From Paragordius varius (taxonomy: Eukaryota; Animalia; Nematomorpha), in NCBI GenBank assembly GCA_964247055.1, contig OZ176054.1, forward strand, positions 9,734,001 to 9,798,000: a stretch of 64,000 nucleotides of DNA. Direction: 5' to 3'. Below the pieces are notes generated by a model. The model was not told where the DNA came from, did no database searches, and saw only the letters and a program-made list of their open reading frames with translations. Below are positions 36,807 through 50,419 of the stretch, in pieces (position 1 is the first letter of the stretch; every line of letters starts with the position of its first letter). Both the position numbers and the translations under genes were made by a program.

Positions 36807-39147
36807 CAGTGGTACTCAAACCGCTGCCCGCGGGCCGCATGCGGCCCTAAGAGTGCTTTAAAATGGCCCCATGACCATATTGATACTTAAATTATTTTTT
36901 TTATTTATGAATTTTTAAAATACACATAAACGAATTTTCGCTTATTTTAATATAAATTATTTTTTTTAGATTTAATTTTGGTAATTTTTATTTTTTACCC
37001 AATTTAAAATGTAGAAAAGTTTCCTACATTAAAATTATTTCAAAATTTTGGCACACGTTATTTCTGTTTCTATTTTGAAACTTTTATTGCCTTCCTTTTT
37101 TTATTTAAGCAAGCCTTTCAACCAAACTTGCATATACATATTCTTTTCATTGCTATCCTGCATCATTTTTTATAACACATTCTCATAAAATATTTTTCAA
37201 ATTAACATCATTAGATTTCGACCTGTTTTTTATAGCATAATTCAGATTTATTCCTATTTTTTTGAAAGAAATTACATATTATTTAAACATAAATTCAAAG
37301 GATGACATCTAATGCTAAAAAACGTTTATAATCGATGAAATTAGCTCCTTTAAAAAAGAATGGGAAGAAAATTTCTTTGTTGTTTTAAATAAAAATGTTG
37401 TTGCTGCCTTATAACAACATAAATATAGAAAAATACAATACTGAAAGACTACAATCCATCATTCTCATAAATTACCAGAAAATCATGAGGAAAGAAACGA
37501 AAAAAGATTGAGGAATGATACCAGAACAAAAATTTATTATGTCCATAGCTTTCTCCCAGGAAAAATTTGCTATATTTTAGGAAGAAATATGCAACCGTTT
37601 ACTGATTCCCAACTATTAAAAGAATGTCTAATGAATCGTTGCACTTTTTTATTTGATAAATTCCATAATAAAGATCAAATCATATATTAGTTTAATACCT
37701 CAATGTGCGCTCTTCGTGAGATTTTGCAACGACAACATAATCAACCAGGAATATTTAAAATTTTTATCAATAAATAATACCACGATAGGAAAAGATTTTG
37801 TCGAAATAATTAGCACTTTTTTCGATAACAATGATATATCATGAAAAAATTGGTTTTGATCTGCACAGATGGCTGTCCCTCTATGATTGGAATAAACAAA
37901 GGATTTATTCCTCTTTTAAAAAACAAATATAATTTTCATATTTTATCCTTTCACTGCTTTATTCATCAGCAAAACTTGGTTTCGCGTGTAAAAGATGAAT
38001 CACTCAACTCAATAATTATATCAGTTGTGTATATAAGAAACCACATTAGTGGCAGAGAATTCAACCGCCGTAAATTCTAAAACCTTCTGAAAGAGATCTA
38101 CAGTGTGTTTGATGATATTCTTTTGTACACCGCTTTGAGATGGCTAAGCCTTAGCAAAGTATTAAATAGATTTTTTTGTTTTGAGACCTGAATATCTATT
38201 ATCAAAGATAACAGAAAGTTTGACGAACAAATTAATAGTGGTGACAAATGGTGGGTTTTATTAGTCCACTTTGCGACATTACTCATAAACTTAGAATTTT
38301 TAATACAAGTCTTCAAGGGAGCAAAATAAAACCCAATTTTCTAATCAAATATAAGCTTTTGAAGAAAAATTAATAATATATAAACAAGATTTTATAAATA
38401 AAACACTCCTATATATCCAACACTTAAAACGATTTATAATAAATATGGAATTTACCGCGGTAATTAATTTAATAATAGACAATCATTCATTTTTATCTAA
38501 TGAGATGAAATTAGATTTCAAGTAAGAAATATTAAAAATTGCTTAAAACTCGTTAAAAATCTATGGCATATGGATGTATCCAATATTAAGCAGCTTGATC
38601 GTTTCGGTTTTGATCAGGCGCATATCATAGAAGAATTCGTAGATTTTAAAAATTATTCCGAATTGGAGGCTATATTCAAGGAGAATCGTAGCGAAGAAAG
38701 ACATGTAGAGTTTTGGCAAGATGTGCCAAATAAATAGGAAAATAAAAAAATAGTGCTCAAGTTATGATAACTGTTTTTCCCTCAACTTAAACGTGTGAGA
38801 CGGCATATTCAAAAAAGAGTATGTCAAAAATATATACAGAAATCGCTTAGCCGATGATCATATGGACGACGTATTAAGATTGGCTTGTCATGAGGCGAAA
38901 CCAAATTTGACAAAAATTATTGGTTAATAACAACATAAATGTTGTTATTAAAATATTTTAATTTTTTAAACTAAATGGTGTAAAACGAGTTTTTAGCTGG
39001 ATTTACATGCGATCCGAAAAAATTCAGCTGATTTAGAGTATAAATATGTGCAATAGCTATGGAATATTTGCCATTATAAGGTTCATGGCCCTCGAAAAAA
39101 ATATATATTATATTTGGCCCGTCAAATTTTTTTGGTGAGTACCATCT
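36807..39147 (+). mobile_element. hAT (GTF2IRD2/EPM2AIP1-like) transposon, degenerate
   Basis: 5' TIR CAGTGGTACTCAAACC with GCCCGCGGGCCGCATGCGGCCC; decayed 3' end GAGTACCA; flanks GTTTAACT/TCTTAACT. Transposase motifs KKEWEENFFV, ICTDGCPSMIG, FHCFIHQQNL, RWLS. Confidence 0.82.
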
Positions 39148-39282
39148 TCTTAACTTAATTTTGGCTGTAATTTCTTTTTTTGCAAATATAGAAGCAATCA
39201 ATTTTTAAATTTAATTAAAAAAGATATTAGTTATTATATTGATAATTGTTTAACCAATTATATTTTTATGTAAAGTTACATT

Positions 39283-40085
39283 GTGATCATCTTAATAACT
39301 AGCCAACCTCTCTTTACACAGCAAAGAGATTGTCAACGATGCGGAAAGCGACACCTGATTGATATATTTAATGCAAATGGGCGTTGTTACAAGTGTTTTA
39401 AGCGGATTATTTCACGAAGTACTGCCGTACCAAGCAAGGTTGTATGCAAATTCAATTGGGAAGGATCCAAAAAAGCGCCACTCAAAGTTATTGCAACGAG
39501 AAAAATGTTATTCAACACTAGTGCTAATGTGACGGTGTTCAACGACAGATGCTGGAGATCCAACGGACCAAAATTGGAAGTAGCAGAGAAACTGAAAACG
39601 TAAAAGAATGAGGCAATTCCCAGAATGGAAAACTCAGCTGAATGTGTGACAATGCCTGAAACAACGAAAAACAGAATGTTTTTAAAACCGATAATTAATT
39701 TTTGGTCTCCCTTGGATCCGTGCATTTAATTTAATTTTATCCAATAATGTTAGTTTAATTAAATAACTAAATCTATCAGTATTGTAGGTTATTCTCAAAC
39801 GAATTAAGTTGTTTGAATATTGAGACCAAGTTATGTAAATCGATAATTTTTAGGACTGCTAAACTTTCACGAACGATTTATACTAAATGTTCATGCGATA
39901 TGCAACCTTCACCGAAAGACCATATAGACCATGGAACTAAACCGACGTGGAGGAGGAGTTCCAATCAGCATGACAATTAATGTCAAAAAAAGAATCAATA
40001 CCTTAACAATTTAGAACCCAGATTAGCCTATAATAATAGAAACAGAATCAAACAAAGGATTTGGAATGATTTCATGTTACCCCTG
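39283..40085 (+). mobile_element. 5' part of a Jockey/I-type LINE: ORF1 zinc knuckles plus the start of the ORF2 endonuclease
   Basis: CQRCGKRH....GRCYKC..C matches the ORF1 Cys-motif pattern; downstream RGGGVP matches the APE motif RGGGVA. Confidence 0.6.
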
Positions 40086-40089
40086 AGGG

Positions 40090-41800
40090 AAACGCCCCAT
40101 ATCATACGCCTCACGCAATCGTACCTCCGAAACCATTTATTCACACCTAAAGATAGAAGCAAAACTATAATTTTTTCCATAATAAAATTTAACCCTATAA
40201 TATGGTAGAAAATTTAAAATTATAGCCGACAAGTGCGAAACAAAAATGATGATATCCATGGTAAAATTTTTAATTATGATGTTAAACTAAGCTAAAGTTA
40301 GTGAATAAAATAATATTAGTATATGTGGGTGACGACGAAGGGTTGTTTTCGTATTAACATCGTGAATAATGTAGGAATTAAAAATAAATTTATAAAAAAC
40401 TCAAATCGCACAATGGTATCATCAAAAGTTGTTAAAAGAATAAATTTAAAATAATGTACAACAAAGCAATAAATAAAATGAAATTTGTGTGACATTTCTT
40501 TGTTGTACATTATTTTAAGTTTCTTTTAACAACTCCTGATGATGCCATTGGGCGAAAATTTGAGTTTTTAATAAATTTATTTTTATTCCCTACATTATTC
40601 ACGACATTAATACGAATTTATTGAAATAATATTAGATCCACTGACAAACAAACTTAAATAAGCAATAAAGACAAATAATTGAAGTTACCAAATATTAAAT
40701 AATTACCCAAAGTAATTAATGAAATTTAAAAATACTATAATATCTTATTTATGAATGATAGATTACTAATACCGATATCCTTACAATGGGACGTAACCGA
40801 ATTATGACATCTTTGGCATAACGGCAATTGATGAAACAACAATCAATCCGTATATTGGCCAAGATTAGAAATGGATTTAGTAAAGTTTCACAGAAACATA
40901 TTAACCGTGTCAAAAAAACAAACCTAATATAAAGAAAAATCCAAAACGTAAATGAATTTCAACACCGCCTTGTGGGTCACCACCTGATATAGTCGGACCA
41001 TTAGACGTTATTTTTTTTTGATTAGTTATGATTCATAGTGCCTCCTAGTGGATTGAAGTGGATCTATTATTCATAACATTGAAAAAATATTGAATTTAGA
41101 AAAACTTATAGAAAATTGTGGGTTTCCGAGACAAAGTGTAACCATTAATAGGACGTGCATCCCATGGATTTAAAATTATGCTACATAATTTTAATATATA
41201 AAATATTTTAATTAGCCCACATCCTAAGATCATTAGTTTGTTTGAATGTTGTCCTGCAACGATATAAAAAATAAATTAAAGATCATGCAGGCACACGAAG
41301 CAAATAACACAGTTTTTATAAATACTGTAATTCCACACACAGTGTAAATATGAATACCCTTCCTAGATCTCGCAAAGACACCCAAATGATCCAATAACAT
41401 GGCTTAGCAGCCTACTGAGTTTAGAAAATAAAATAGACCCTCGATATGTTCAATGCAGGGTTTTTTTGAAAAATAAATTAGAAAAAGAATGAAGGTCAGT
41501 GGAAGTATTAGAACGCACACATCCCTTGTTATATTTGGTAAAGGACTAAACTGACAGATTCTCAGAAAGCAAGCTGATCAATTAAAACAAAGAATGGAAG
41601 ATTCGAAAACAGCCACACCAATGCGCGAAACACCAATTACTTTTACCTCTAGCCCATAAGATCTTGAAGCCAAAACAATGACATACAATCACGATATACA
41701 TATTAACACATGATAACTCAAGTAGCACGAGTATAACCACACATGCATTCAGATACACAATGCCAACGGAACCCTCAAATAGTTTTACTATAGGATAATG
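40090..41800 (+). mobile_element. Ty3/Gypsy RNase H-integrase remnant
   Basis: KRPISYASRNRTSETIYSHLKIEAKTIIFSIIKF (PIAFASR..YSQIEKEAL-like); a PDIVGP segment near 40980 resembles the integrase HxDxxGP motif. Confidence 0.7.
40345..40620. repeat. Hairpin with ~105-bp arms and ~70-bp loop inside the Gypsy remnant
   Basis: ttcgtattaacatcgtgaataatgtagg...gttgttaaaagaa versus ttcttttaacaac...cctacattattcacgacattaatacgaa. Confidence 0.85.
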
Positions 41801-41860
41801 TTAATATATTAATCGATTGTTTATAAGAGCCTTGACTTAATATTTCATATATATTATATG

Positions 41861-44800
41861 GATTAATTTTTTGTTTTTCACGCATGTAAACACATGCTTT
41901 TAATCGAGTGGGAAAGGTATGGTATACCTACCCATCTCTTATCGATCTTTTTACCAAAAACATTGATTTTTACCTTCTCCGAATATTAGAAATAGTTAGA
42001 TCCTATTCCTTACATATCCATAACATATTTCCTATTCACATTCTCCCATTCGAAGGACATTCTGCTAATGTTGAAATCACGTAATCTCAGCATCCGCATC
42101 GCCACATGGAACTTACGCGGATCCTACAAAAACCACAAACTAGATATTGTCGTTAACGAAATGACTAAGCATAAAATTGACATACTAGGAATTTCAGAAT
42201 CACACATCCCCTCTACCGGAACCTTAGAATTTGACAATCATATTTTGTATTATTCCGGCCACGACTCGTCAAAATACAACGGTGTCGGCATAATAATGAA
42301 CAAAAAACTAGCTAACTTATCGGACATTTTTAAAATCAATGATCGTATTATTGCAATCCGCATACAAACAACCCCTCAACCCATTACTATTCTCCAAATT
42401 TACGCACCTACCTCCTCTTACAGCGATGACGACTGTGAAAAATTTTATAGCGATCTCGACTTGGCGATTTCCCAAATTTCAAAAAAGGATATCATATTTA
42501 TCTTAGGCGATTTTAACTCAATCATCGGAACAGACAAAACACGTCCTATGACGGGCGGCATGGGCTTGGGCATAAAAAACGAGAGAGGAGACAGATTGAT
42601 TGAATTTTGTGCCAACCATCGTTTCTTGGTCGCAAACAGCTTTTTTAAACAGCCCAAACGCCGTCTATACACATGGCGTTCCCCGTGTCAAAGATACCGT
42701 AACCAGATTGACTTCATATTAGGTATGGTAAAATACAAAAGTTCATTTCAAAATGTCAAATGCCTACCAGGATCGGATTGCTACAGCGACCACAACCTAT
42801 TGATCGCCAAACTCCGAATTAAATTACAACTTCCTATAACATCCAAACCCACAAGAACAAGATTAGATTACGATACAATCGACGACGAGTTTAACACCGC
42901 TTTATCAAATCGTTTCGATTGTCTTGATCATAATTAGGAAAACTATCAGGATATAAACTTCTTTTGGAACGATATATATACAATCTGCCGAGACACAGCC
43001 GACGAATTCATTCGGCCTCTCAAACGCAATAAACAAAAAATAAAATTGTCAACCAAAAGTCTCGAGATCGCAGAAAAACGTAGAGAATCCAAAATCAAAT
43101 GCAAATGGGATGAATACAAACAACTAAACAGTGAATTTCAGAAGAGTGCAAGAGAGGACACAAATAAGTATTATGACCAACTATGTGAAAAATTAGAAAC
43201 AGACGCCAAAAATAACCAAAACCTCTTTGCCCATGCAAACAATATTATTCCACACAAAAAAGTTTTTATAAGGGACCTATGAGAAACGACAACAACTCAA
43301 TCGTCACTGAAAAAGACGAAATTCGCAAACTATGGCACAAACATATAAACAAACTATACAATGTAAATAACCCCCCAACTATTAACGAACTTACTCTACA
43401 AAAAGAACCACCTATTATGAAAGAAGAAGTGGAACTCGCTATAAAACACTCTAGCACCGGTAAATCAGAGGGCCACAAAGACATCCCTACTGAAATAATA
43501 AAATACATTCCAATCGATATACTCACCAAATTATTTCAAACCATATTTGAGATGGAAAAAATTCCTGAGGATTGGTGTACATCCATTATGATTCCGATTT
43601 TAAAAAAGGGTAACCCAGAACTGTGTGACAACTATCGCACCATAGCGCTCATAAACCAGGTGTCCAAAGTTTTTCTAAAAATAATACAGTTTCGCCTAAA
43701 TTCCATTCTTGACCCCGAGATATCCACGATTCAGGCTGGTTTTCGAAAAGGTAGAGGATGCCGAGATATGATATGTAACATGAGGTGGATAATCGAGAAA
43801 CACATCGAATTTAACAAAGAATTGATGTGCTTTGTCGATTTTTCCAAAGCATTTTCCCAGCACAATAAACTACGGAAAGCTCTAAAACAACTCGGAGTGT
43901 CAACACATTTAATCAACATCATATTTTCAATTTATTCAAATTCCATGGCTGTAGTATCTACACCATACGGTATATCTGACCCATGTATGGTACAAGTCGG
44001 CCTCCGTCAAGAATGCGTTTTATCACCAATTCTTTTTAACGCATACCTGGAATGCATTATAAGAAATATCCCACAAACTTACGGCATCAACATAGGTGGG
44101 AACCTACTTACATCCGTTCACTACGCGGATGATACAGTCTTATTCGCAGACAGTGTAGACACATTAAGCCTTGCAAGTGTTTACAACTGAATGCAATAAA
44201 TTTGGATTAAATATCAATTTCAAAAAAACAAAAGTCATGCAAATAAATCCGGCTCAAACCAATCCAATAATCCTCAACGGCAACCAGATCGAAACAGTCA
44301 GCAGCTACACGTACTTAGGTAGCATTATTAATAATGAGAACAACTCTACGCCTGAAATAAAGCGAAGAATTGCTATTGCTAAAGCAGTAACTTTTAAATA
44401 TAACAGGATTTGGATGTCACATGACATTAAACTACAAACCAAAATCAGATTAATCAAAGCTACAGTTTTCCCCACATTCATGTATGGGGGGGAAAGCTGG
44501 ACACTGAAAAAATATGATGAACGTCTAATAAACTCTTTCGAATTATGGGTTTGGAGGAAACTTCTCCAAACAAAATGGACAGACAAAGTTTCAAACACCA
44601 CCATTCTAAATAAAATTAACCCAGAAATGTCACTTCTTGGCAGCTTAACACGGCAAAAACTCTCCTTCTTCGGGCACATCATGAGATCCAGCTTACTTGA
44701 AAAATTACTGATGCTGGGGAAAGTGAGTGGTGCCTGAAAAAGAGGGAGAAGACGAACTCGTTGGATGGATAACATCCTTAAAGAAACCAACCAATCATTA

Positions 44801-44902
44801 TCCGACCTAAACACCAAAACCGGAAATCGCAATGAATGGAGAAGCTTTATTTTCAATGTTGCTGTTAGTCGGAATCGACTTTAGCAAACAACAACAACAA
44901 CA
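41861..44902 (+). mobile_element. Full-length RTE-clade LINE (APE-RT) with (AAC)n tail and 12-bp TSD
   Basis: TSD ATATATTATATG at 41849-60 and 44903-14; tail AAACAACAACAACAACA; ~207-bp 5' UTR before the ATG at 42068. Confidence 0.95.
42068..44885 (+). pseudogene. RTE endonuclease-reverse transcriptase ORF with a few lesions
   Basis: IATWNLR, ILGISE, IYAPT, ILGDFN, QIDFI, SDHNLL; QAGFRKGRG, VRQ-C-LSPILFN-like motif, YADD, YTYLGS, MYGGESWTL. In-frame TAG at 42935-7, frameshifts near 43270 and 44180, TGA at 44735-7. Confidence 0.95.
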
Positions 44903-45709
44903 ATATATTATATGAAGTTAATTTTTATTGTAAAATATGCAAACGACATTCTAAATGAGATAGCCAATTATCCTTCCGAAAACTTATAAATCATGTGACA
45001 ACAAAGCGTTTTATTTAAAAGTCAAGTCAATCTGATATGTATAACAGTTATAGTAGCATGTATTCATGTATTTTCTATATCCGCTGGGGGTCCTTTCTGC
45101 TTTAAAGCATTACCATAGAAATAAAAAACCGATGGATTATATGGAAATGATAATCATTTTAGATATTTCCTACATAAGTTTTAGGTGGGGCGCTTTTTTA
45201 ATGGCGGTTGAGGGCTCCACTCTGAAAAATAGGCCATCATTTAAAAATGTGATTTTATGTATCCGTAAGACAATGATACTATATAAAACAGTAAAAGGTG
45301 TTCCTCGCATAAACGCAAAACTTTAACGTGATCTTTTTAATAAGCCAATGACTAGAATTCCGCTTGTAAATTGCAACCCAATAAAAAAATGACGATTTTG
45401 ACGCAAGTATTGAGAAAATTATGAGGCCATACCGGTCGAATAAGGTATTAATTACTTGTTAAATTTAGAAATTTGTGTCAAGTGCTTCAAATACACAGTG
45501 TTAACAAAAATATATCCTGATAAATAAATATACTTTAATTGGCAATGGATCAGTATACTTATTAAATTTTTTAGCCTTAAAAGTGATTTAAGAAATATTG
45601 ACACTTTTGGGTTAACTCCTCCATATCAGAAATTGGCAAAATTTGCGCACATTTAATAAATGTAATATTTTTAGTTAAAGCTAAATGTTTCCTTCCAAAT
45701 AATATAATA

Positions 45710-48700
45710 CACTGTGCGACAAACAGTGGCGTATCGAGCATTTGCGGCGCCCGGGGCATAAAACTCTTATGGCGACCCTCCCCCTCCTATTTTGAAATTC
45801 AATAAAACAATTTAATAAAAAATATGAACCCTTAAATGCTCATTAAAATTAATTTTAGAATCTTGCAATCTATGTTGAACCCTATCGATTCTTATAAGTA
45901 TTTGATGCCAGAAAAAAACCTTACTCCTTGTTTCATTAGTATTTGAAGTATTTTTACATAAATCTTCTAATAGCTCTATCAAATCATCTGTTCCCTCTAC
46001 AATGGCATTAAGTGCTTGAATTCTAGCACTCCATCGGGCTTCATCACGCTTAAAAGTTTTTTTAGTTTATTATTTAATAGGTCTCATCTAATAGTTGAAT
46101 AAAAAAGATGGATATTTTCAATTATTCTGAAACAAGTCTTATCTTGCTTTGCTACCGTGACTCCCACCAAATTCAAGGAATGATTGTGACAATTGACAAA
46201 TTCTTTTATTTTTTCCAGAATTCTTTGTTGAACGCGTGAAATGTGACCCGTCACAGCTGGATTATCATAGCATTGGAGATCTACAATTTGATAACTGAAT
46301 ATTATCCATAAATTTCTAAAGTTATCTTTTTAAATGACATTGCATCTTTGTTGAATAACTGAAAAAAACCCAAAAAAGATTCCTTTATGACAACTTTCTT
46401 TTTCTCATAATCAATTAACATCTACCTGGCAACTTGAAAAATTTGTTCTCGGTGCGCTATATCTGGCGTTGAATCAAATATAAGTCCATAATATTTATTT
46501 TTATATGTCATTAATCAATTTAGCTTCAACTCTTGAAGTTAAAAGATGTATAACTCGTTTTAGGATAAAACATAGGATAAAGTGTTAGGAGATTCAATGT
46601 TTCTCATGTGTTCTCCCATTATTGGGTCAAACCGAGCTACAAGTTTTAGTTTAAGGATAAGAGATTTCCAGGATTTGGTGCTGAGTCATCTAGATACATT
46701 AAACTTGCAACATGCCCTCGAGGGAGATTTTGGTTGATTAGAAATTTCATGCCCAGTATTCGATGTAATAAGATCGATCAAAAAGTAGGCATCTATAACA
46801 ATACCCAGATCTGTTCTTTGGAGAATATCAAGATCTCTCAACTTCAATCCTTCTTTTTTATCGACACAAAAACCAAGATTGAGGCATTGAACGATGATAT
46901 TTTGTTTCAAGGAGTTGGAATTTATACTTGCGATCCACGAATAATCATTTCTGTGCGAAGCTGATTCGATATTACGGGAGGAACATTATATTAAAAAAAG
47001 GGGATATCATTAAACTCTATAGGTGCGCTTGGAATTACTAATGGTATATTGTTTTCTCATCTCTATATACTCGATCATAACTAGGTTTTTATGTGTATTA
47101 AAGTTATTATTAAGGGATGCCGTTATGTTTGCGCAAATAATTTTCAATGTTAGGGTCAGATATTTTCGTTAAATATGATTTCATTCTCATTCCATTCGCA
47201 TTTTAGTTGTTTTATTCTCTTCCTGGATTTTTCATTTCCTATTTGCATAACCACTTATAGGCATTGAGATATGATGAAAATGAATAATTATAAAAAACAA
47301 GGCTATATTAATAATAATAACCTACCTTTTTAGATATGGAATGATAATGGGGATTTAAATAATAAAATAAGGTTTTAAAATTAACTATGTATAAAATAAA
47401 AATGCAATAAGAATATAAGATAAGATTTGAACAGAGCGAGAAGTTAAAATAATTTAATTAAAGTCAATAAAAGTATTAACAATATATGCGTGATAAAAAA
47501 TGTTTTTTAAGCGAAAAAATAAGTTTGCACATTTTGAAGGGATTATGAAAGTTGTTTTTTGCATAATGCTTGATATTGATCTCATTTATATAATATTTAT
47601 ATTATTTTAAGGATAAGTTGCAGAAAAATCATACTTGAAAGTTGTTATTATTTTTGCATAATTTAAATTTAATTTAAAAAAATCATTTAGGCGCCCCTAA
47701 ATAACGGCGCTCGGGGCATGATGCACCCCCTTGCCCCCCATCGGTGCGCCACTGGCGGCAAAATGGGGATCAAAACGAAGGTTAATAAATCATATATCTT
47801 TTGATAGCTAAAAGCTTCAGGATAATCAAAATGTTATATGCGGTTGAAATACTAGAAAAGTTATTTAAATTTATCTGTTATAAAAATCAAAAAATCGCAT
47901 TTTAATCGCATATTGGGTCAATATAAAAGAAAACGTTTCAACTAAATTTTATTTTATAAAATTCTAAACGCAAAATATATCAAAAATATTTTTAATTTTT
48001 CGGAGGGTCCCAGAAGGATTTCCAATAATATAAGCTAAAAAATTGCACTTTGACACCAAATTTGAATCATAAAAACTTTTTAATATGCAATAAACGATTT
48101 TAAATTTAAACAATCATATATCTCTATATATATAGAATACCTATTATTGCCTTCAAAAATATTTAAGCCTTATATAAAAAAGAAACATTTTTCGACAATT
48201 TGCATCAAAGCGGAATCTGCGTATAATTTTAACAAATATCCAATATATATTGATGCTTTTTTCATATAATTTGATGCAGAAAAAAAAATTTATCATCTCA
48301 GATTTTATTTAGGAAATTTTTCTGCCCTATTAAAAGCCAAAATGGCGCCAAAATATATAATTAAATTTTCGGGTAAGAAAAATCCCTAAATCAAAAATCT
48401 GAGATGATAGTTCTTTTCTGCATCGAATTGTATAAAAAATTATATATATTGGGTGTTTTGTAAAAATTATACTCAGCTTCCGCTTTGGTCCAAATTATCG
48501 AAAAAAATTTCTTTTTATATAAGGTTCAAATTTTATTGAAGGCGATATATTGGGTAATTTTTATATATAGAGTTAATATATGATTGTTTTAAATTTATGA
48601 TTTACCACATATAAAAAAAGTTTTTATAATCCAAATTTGATGTTAAAGTGCGATTTTGTGACTTATATTCTAGAAAATTCTTCTTGTACCCTAGGAAAAA

Positions 48701-48949
48701 ATTAAAATCCTTGTTGATAATATTTTGCGTTTTTATCCTTAAGCTATATTAAAACAAAAATAGTCACGTTTTCATCTATTGTATTTAATTTTATCTGATA
48801 TATTATGCGATAAAAATGTTTTATTGATTTTTAATAACAGAAAAATTAAAATAACTTTTTTAATAGTATTTTAACCGCATATATCATTTTACATTTAGCT
48901 ATCAATTGATATATGATTCTTTAACATTTGTTTTTTGCTGCGCACCGTC
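45710..48949. mobile_element. Foldback MITE family copy 2, interrupted inside its left TIR by a hAT element
   Basis: TA|CACTGT at 45708-15; the sequence resumes GCGGCAAAATGGGGAT at 47755 and is colinear with 10419-11686 to GCACCGT at ~48949. Confidence 0.85.
45724..47754 (-). mobile_element. hAT (Tip100/ZMYM1-like) transposon, internally deleted and degenerate
   Basis: TIRs CAGTGGCGTA and TGCGCCACTG; TSD GCGACAAA/GCGGCAAA; minus-strand GLIFDSTPDIAHREQ (DxTxDxSHxEQ motif). Confidence 0.88.
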
Positions 48950-48969
48950 ATATACATCAAACTATATTT

Positions 48970-50190
48970 ATAAAAAACAAAACAATATTTTTATAAATTA
49001 TATTTTTAGATAGAGGCCCTAAAAATACCAAACTTTTTCACCCTTCTAATATAGGCTAGTTCTCTTAAAATCATTAAAATGCTGAATTGCGCAAAAAATA
49101 TAGATATATGCTAAATTTTGCATAAAAAATTTTTTTCAGTAAAAATGGATTTGTTTTAAAATTTAATTTAGAGCAAAAATTTTGAAACGTACTGCATACT
49201 ATTTTTAGGCATGATAATAAAGCTTTAAGATATTACCTTTTTTCATAATTCGATGATGATTATTTTTACCTCAGAATTTTGATTAAAAAATTCATTTATT
49301 TTTATTAATATAAATGATCTTAATACAAAATTTACCCAAATTTAAAATCGAACCCTTATAAAGTTCTGAGGTGATGGCAATGTATAGCACCATCAAGGTA
49401 TATAGTTAAAGTGTTTTTTACAATACGTTTTTATAATATCTTAATACGTTCTTACATCGTTTTTCCATCCAGCCTAAAGTATTATGATTTAAACACAATT
49501 TTGCTCTAATTTATTATTTCTAAAACACTTTTTTGATGTCAAAATTTATTTTAATTGTTGCACATATCGGCATGTGTGCCTTTATTCAAAGAGCTAGCCC
49601 ATTTTAGAAGGGCAAAAATTTGGAACTGTCAGTGCCTTCTAAAATAAATTTCATAAAAATATTGTTTTGCTTTTTATAATAGTTTATGTGGTTGCCAAAA
49701 GGGAGGCGTAGAAAAATCTAGAAGGCGCGAGAATTCAATTCAAAAATAAAACAAAGGAGGGATTTCAAGTACGAATTATAGAAATTTGTAACCGATATGG
49801 AAAAATATTTCGAAAAAGGCATATATAAGGATCTCATTGATTGGGATTTTTATAATATTATAATATATTTTACATTTTTATTTTGATTTTTTTTGAGAGG
49901 GAGGCGCAAGAATTTTTATTTTCAATTTGATGTGGGGCGTGCACAAAAAAAGGTTTGGTACCACTGGTTTATGATATATTTAGTGATGTTTATTGAAATG
50001 AATCATTGACTGAAAAATTTTCATTTAGCTAACGCAATGTTGCCATTTTTGCTATGGAGAAGTTACCACAAAAGTGTAAATAACAATTTATATCATTCGA
50101 AGGGCCAAAAGCACCACGATCATAAATCTTATCAAAATATATTTATTCATCAGGATATTTTTTTATAGACCCCAATTTTGGAGGCAGTGT
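48970..50190. mobile_element. Foldback MITE ('CTAGCCCATTTT' family) with a small hAT MITE (~49687-49966) inserted in its right arm
   Basis: Inverted match cccttctaatataggctagttctc / gagctagcccattttagaagggc; the insert ends GGTACCACTG with gtttat on both flanks. Confidence 0.65.
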
Positions 50191-50353
50191 TAACGGTAAG
50201 GCTCAAGTCCTAAGGAATTCGCAATCATAGATAAAAAACTTTAGCGTTAATGAATTTTTTATATGCATAAGGAGTCAAAAAGATAACTTGAACGCTTTTT
50301 TAAAGCTAAAAGTTATTTATACCATTACACTAGGTTTAAAAAAATTTGAAATA

Positions 50354-50397
<44 letters not shown>

Positions 50398-50419
50398 GGG
50401 AAAATTTATCAGAATTATC

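Noticed and set aside
42445-44856. Minus-strand ORFs 42445..42672, 43266..43529, 43731..43922 and 44305..44856
   Set aside because: Antisense shadows of the RTE coding sequence.
45150-45440. Open stretches on both strands after the RTE
   Set aside because: No consistent splice sites or recognisable motifs; insufficient support.
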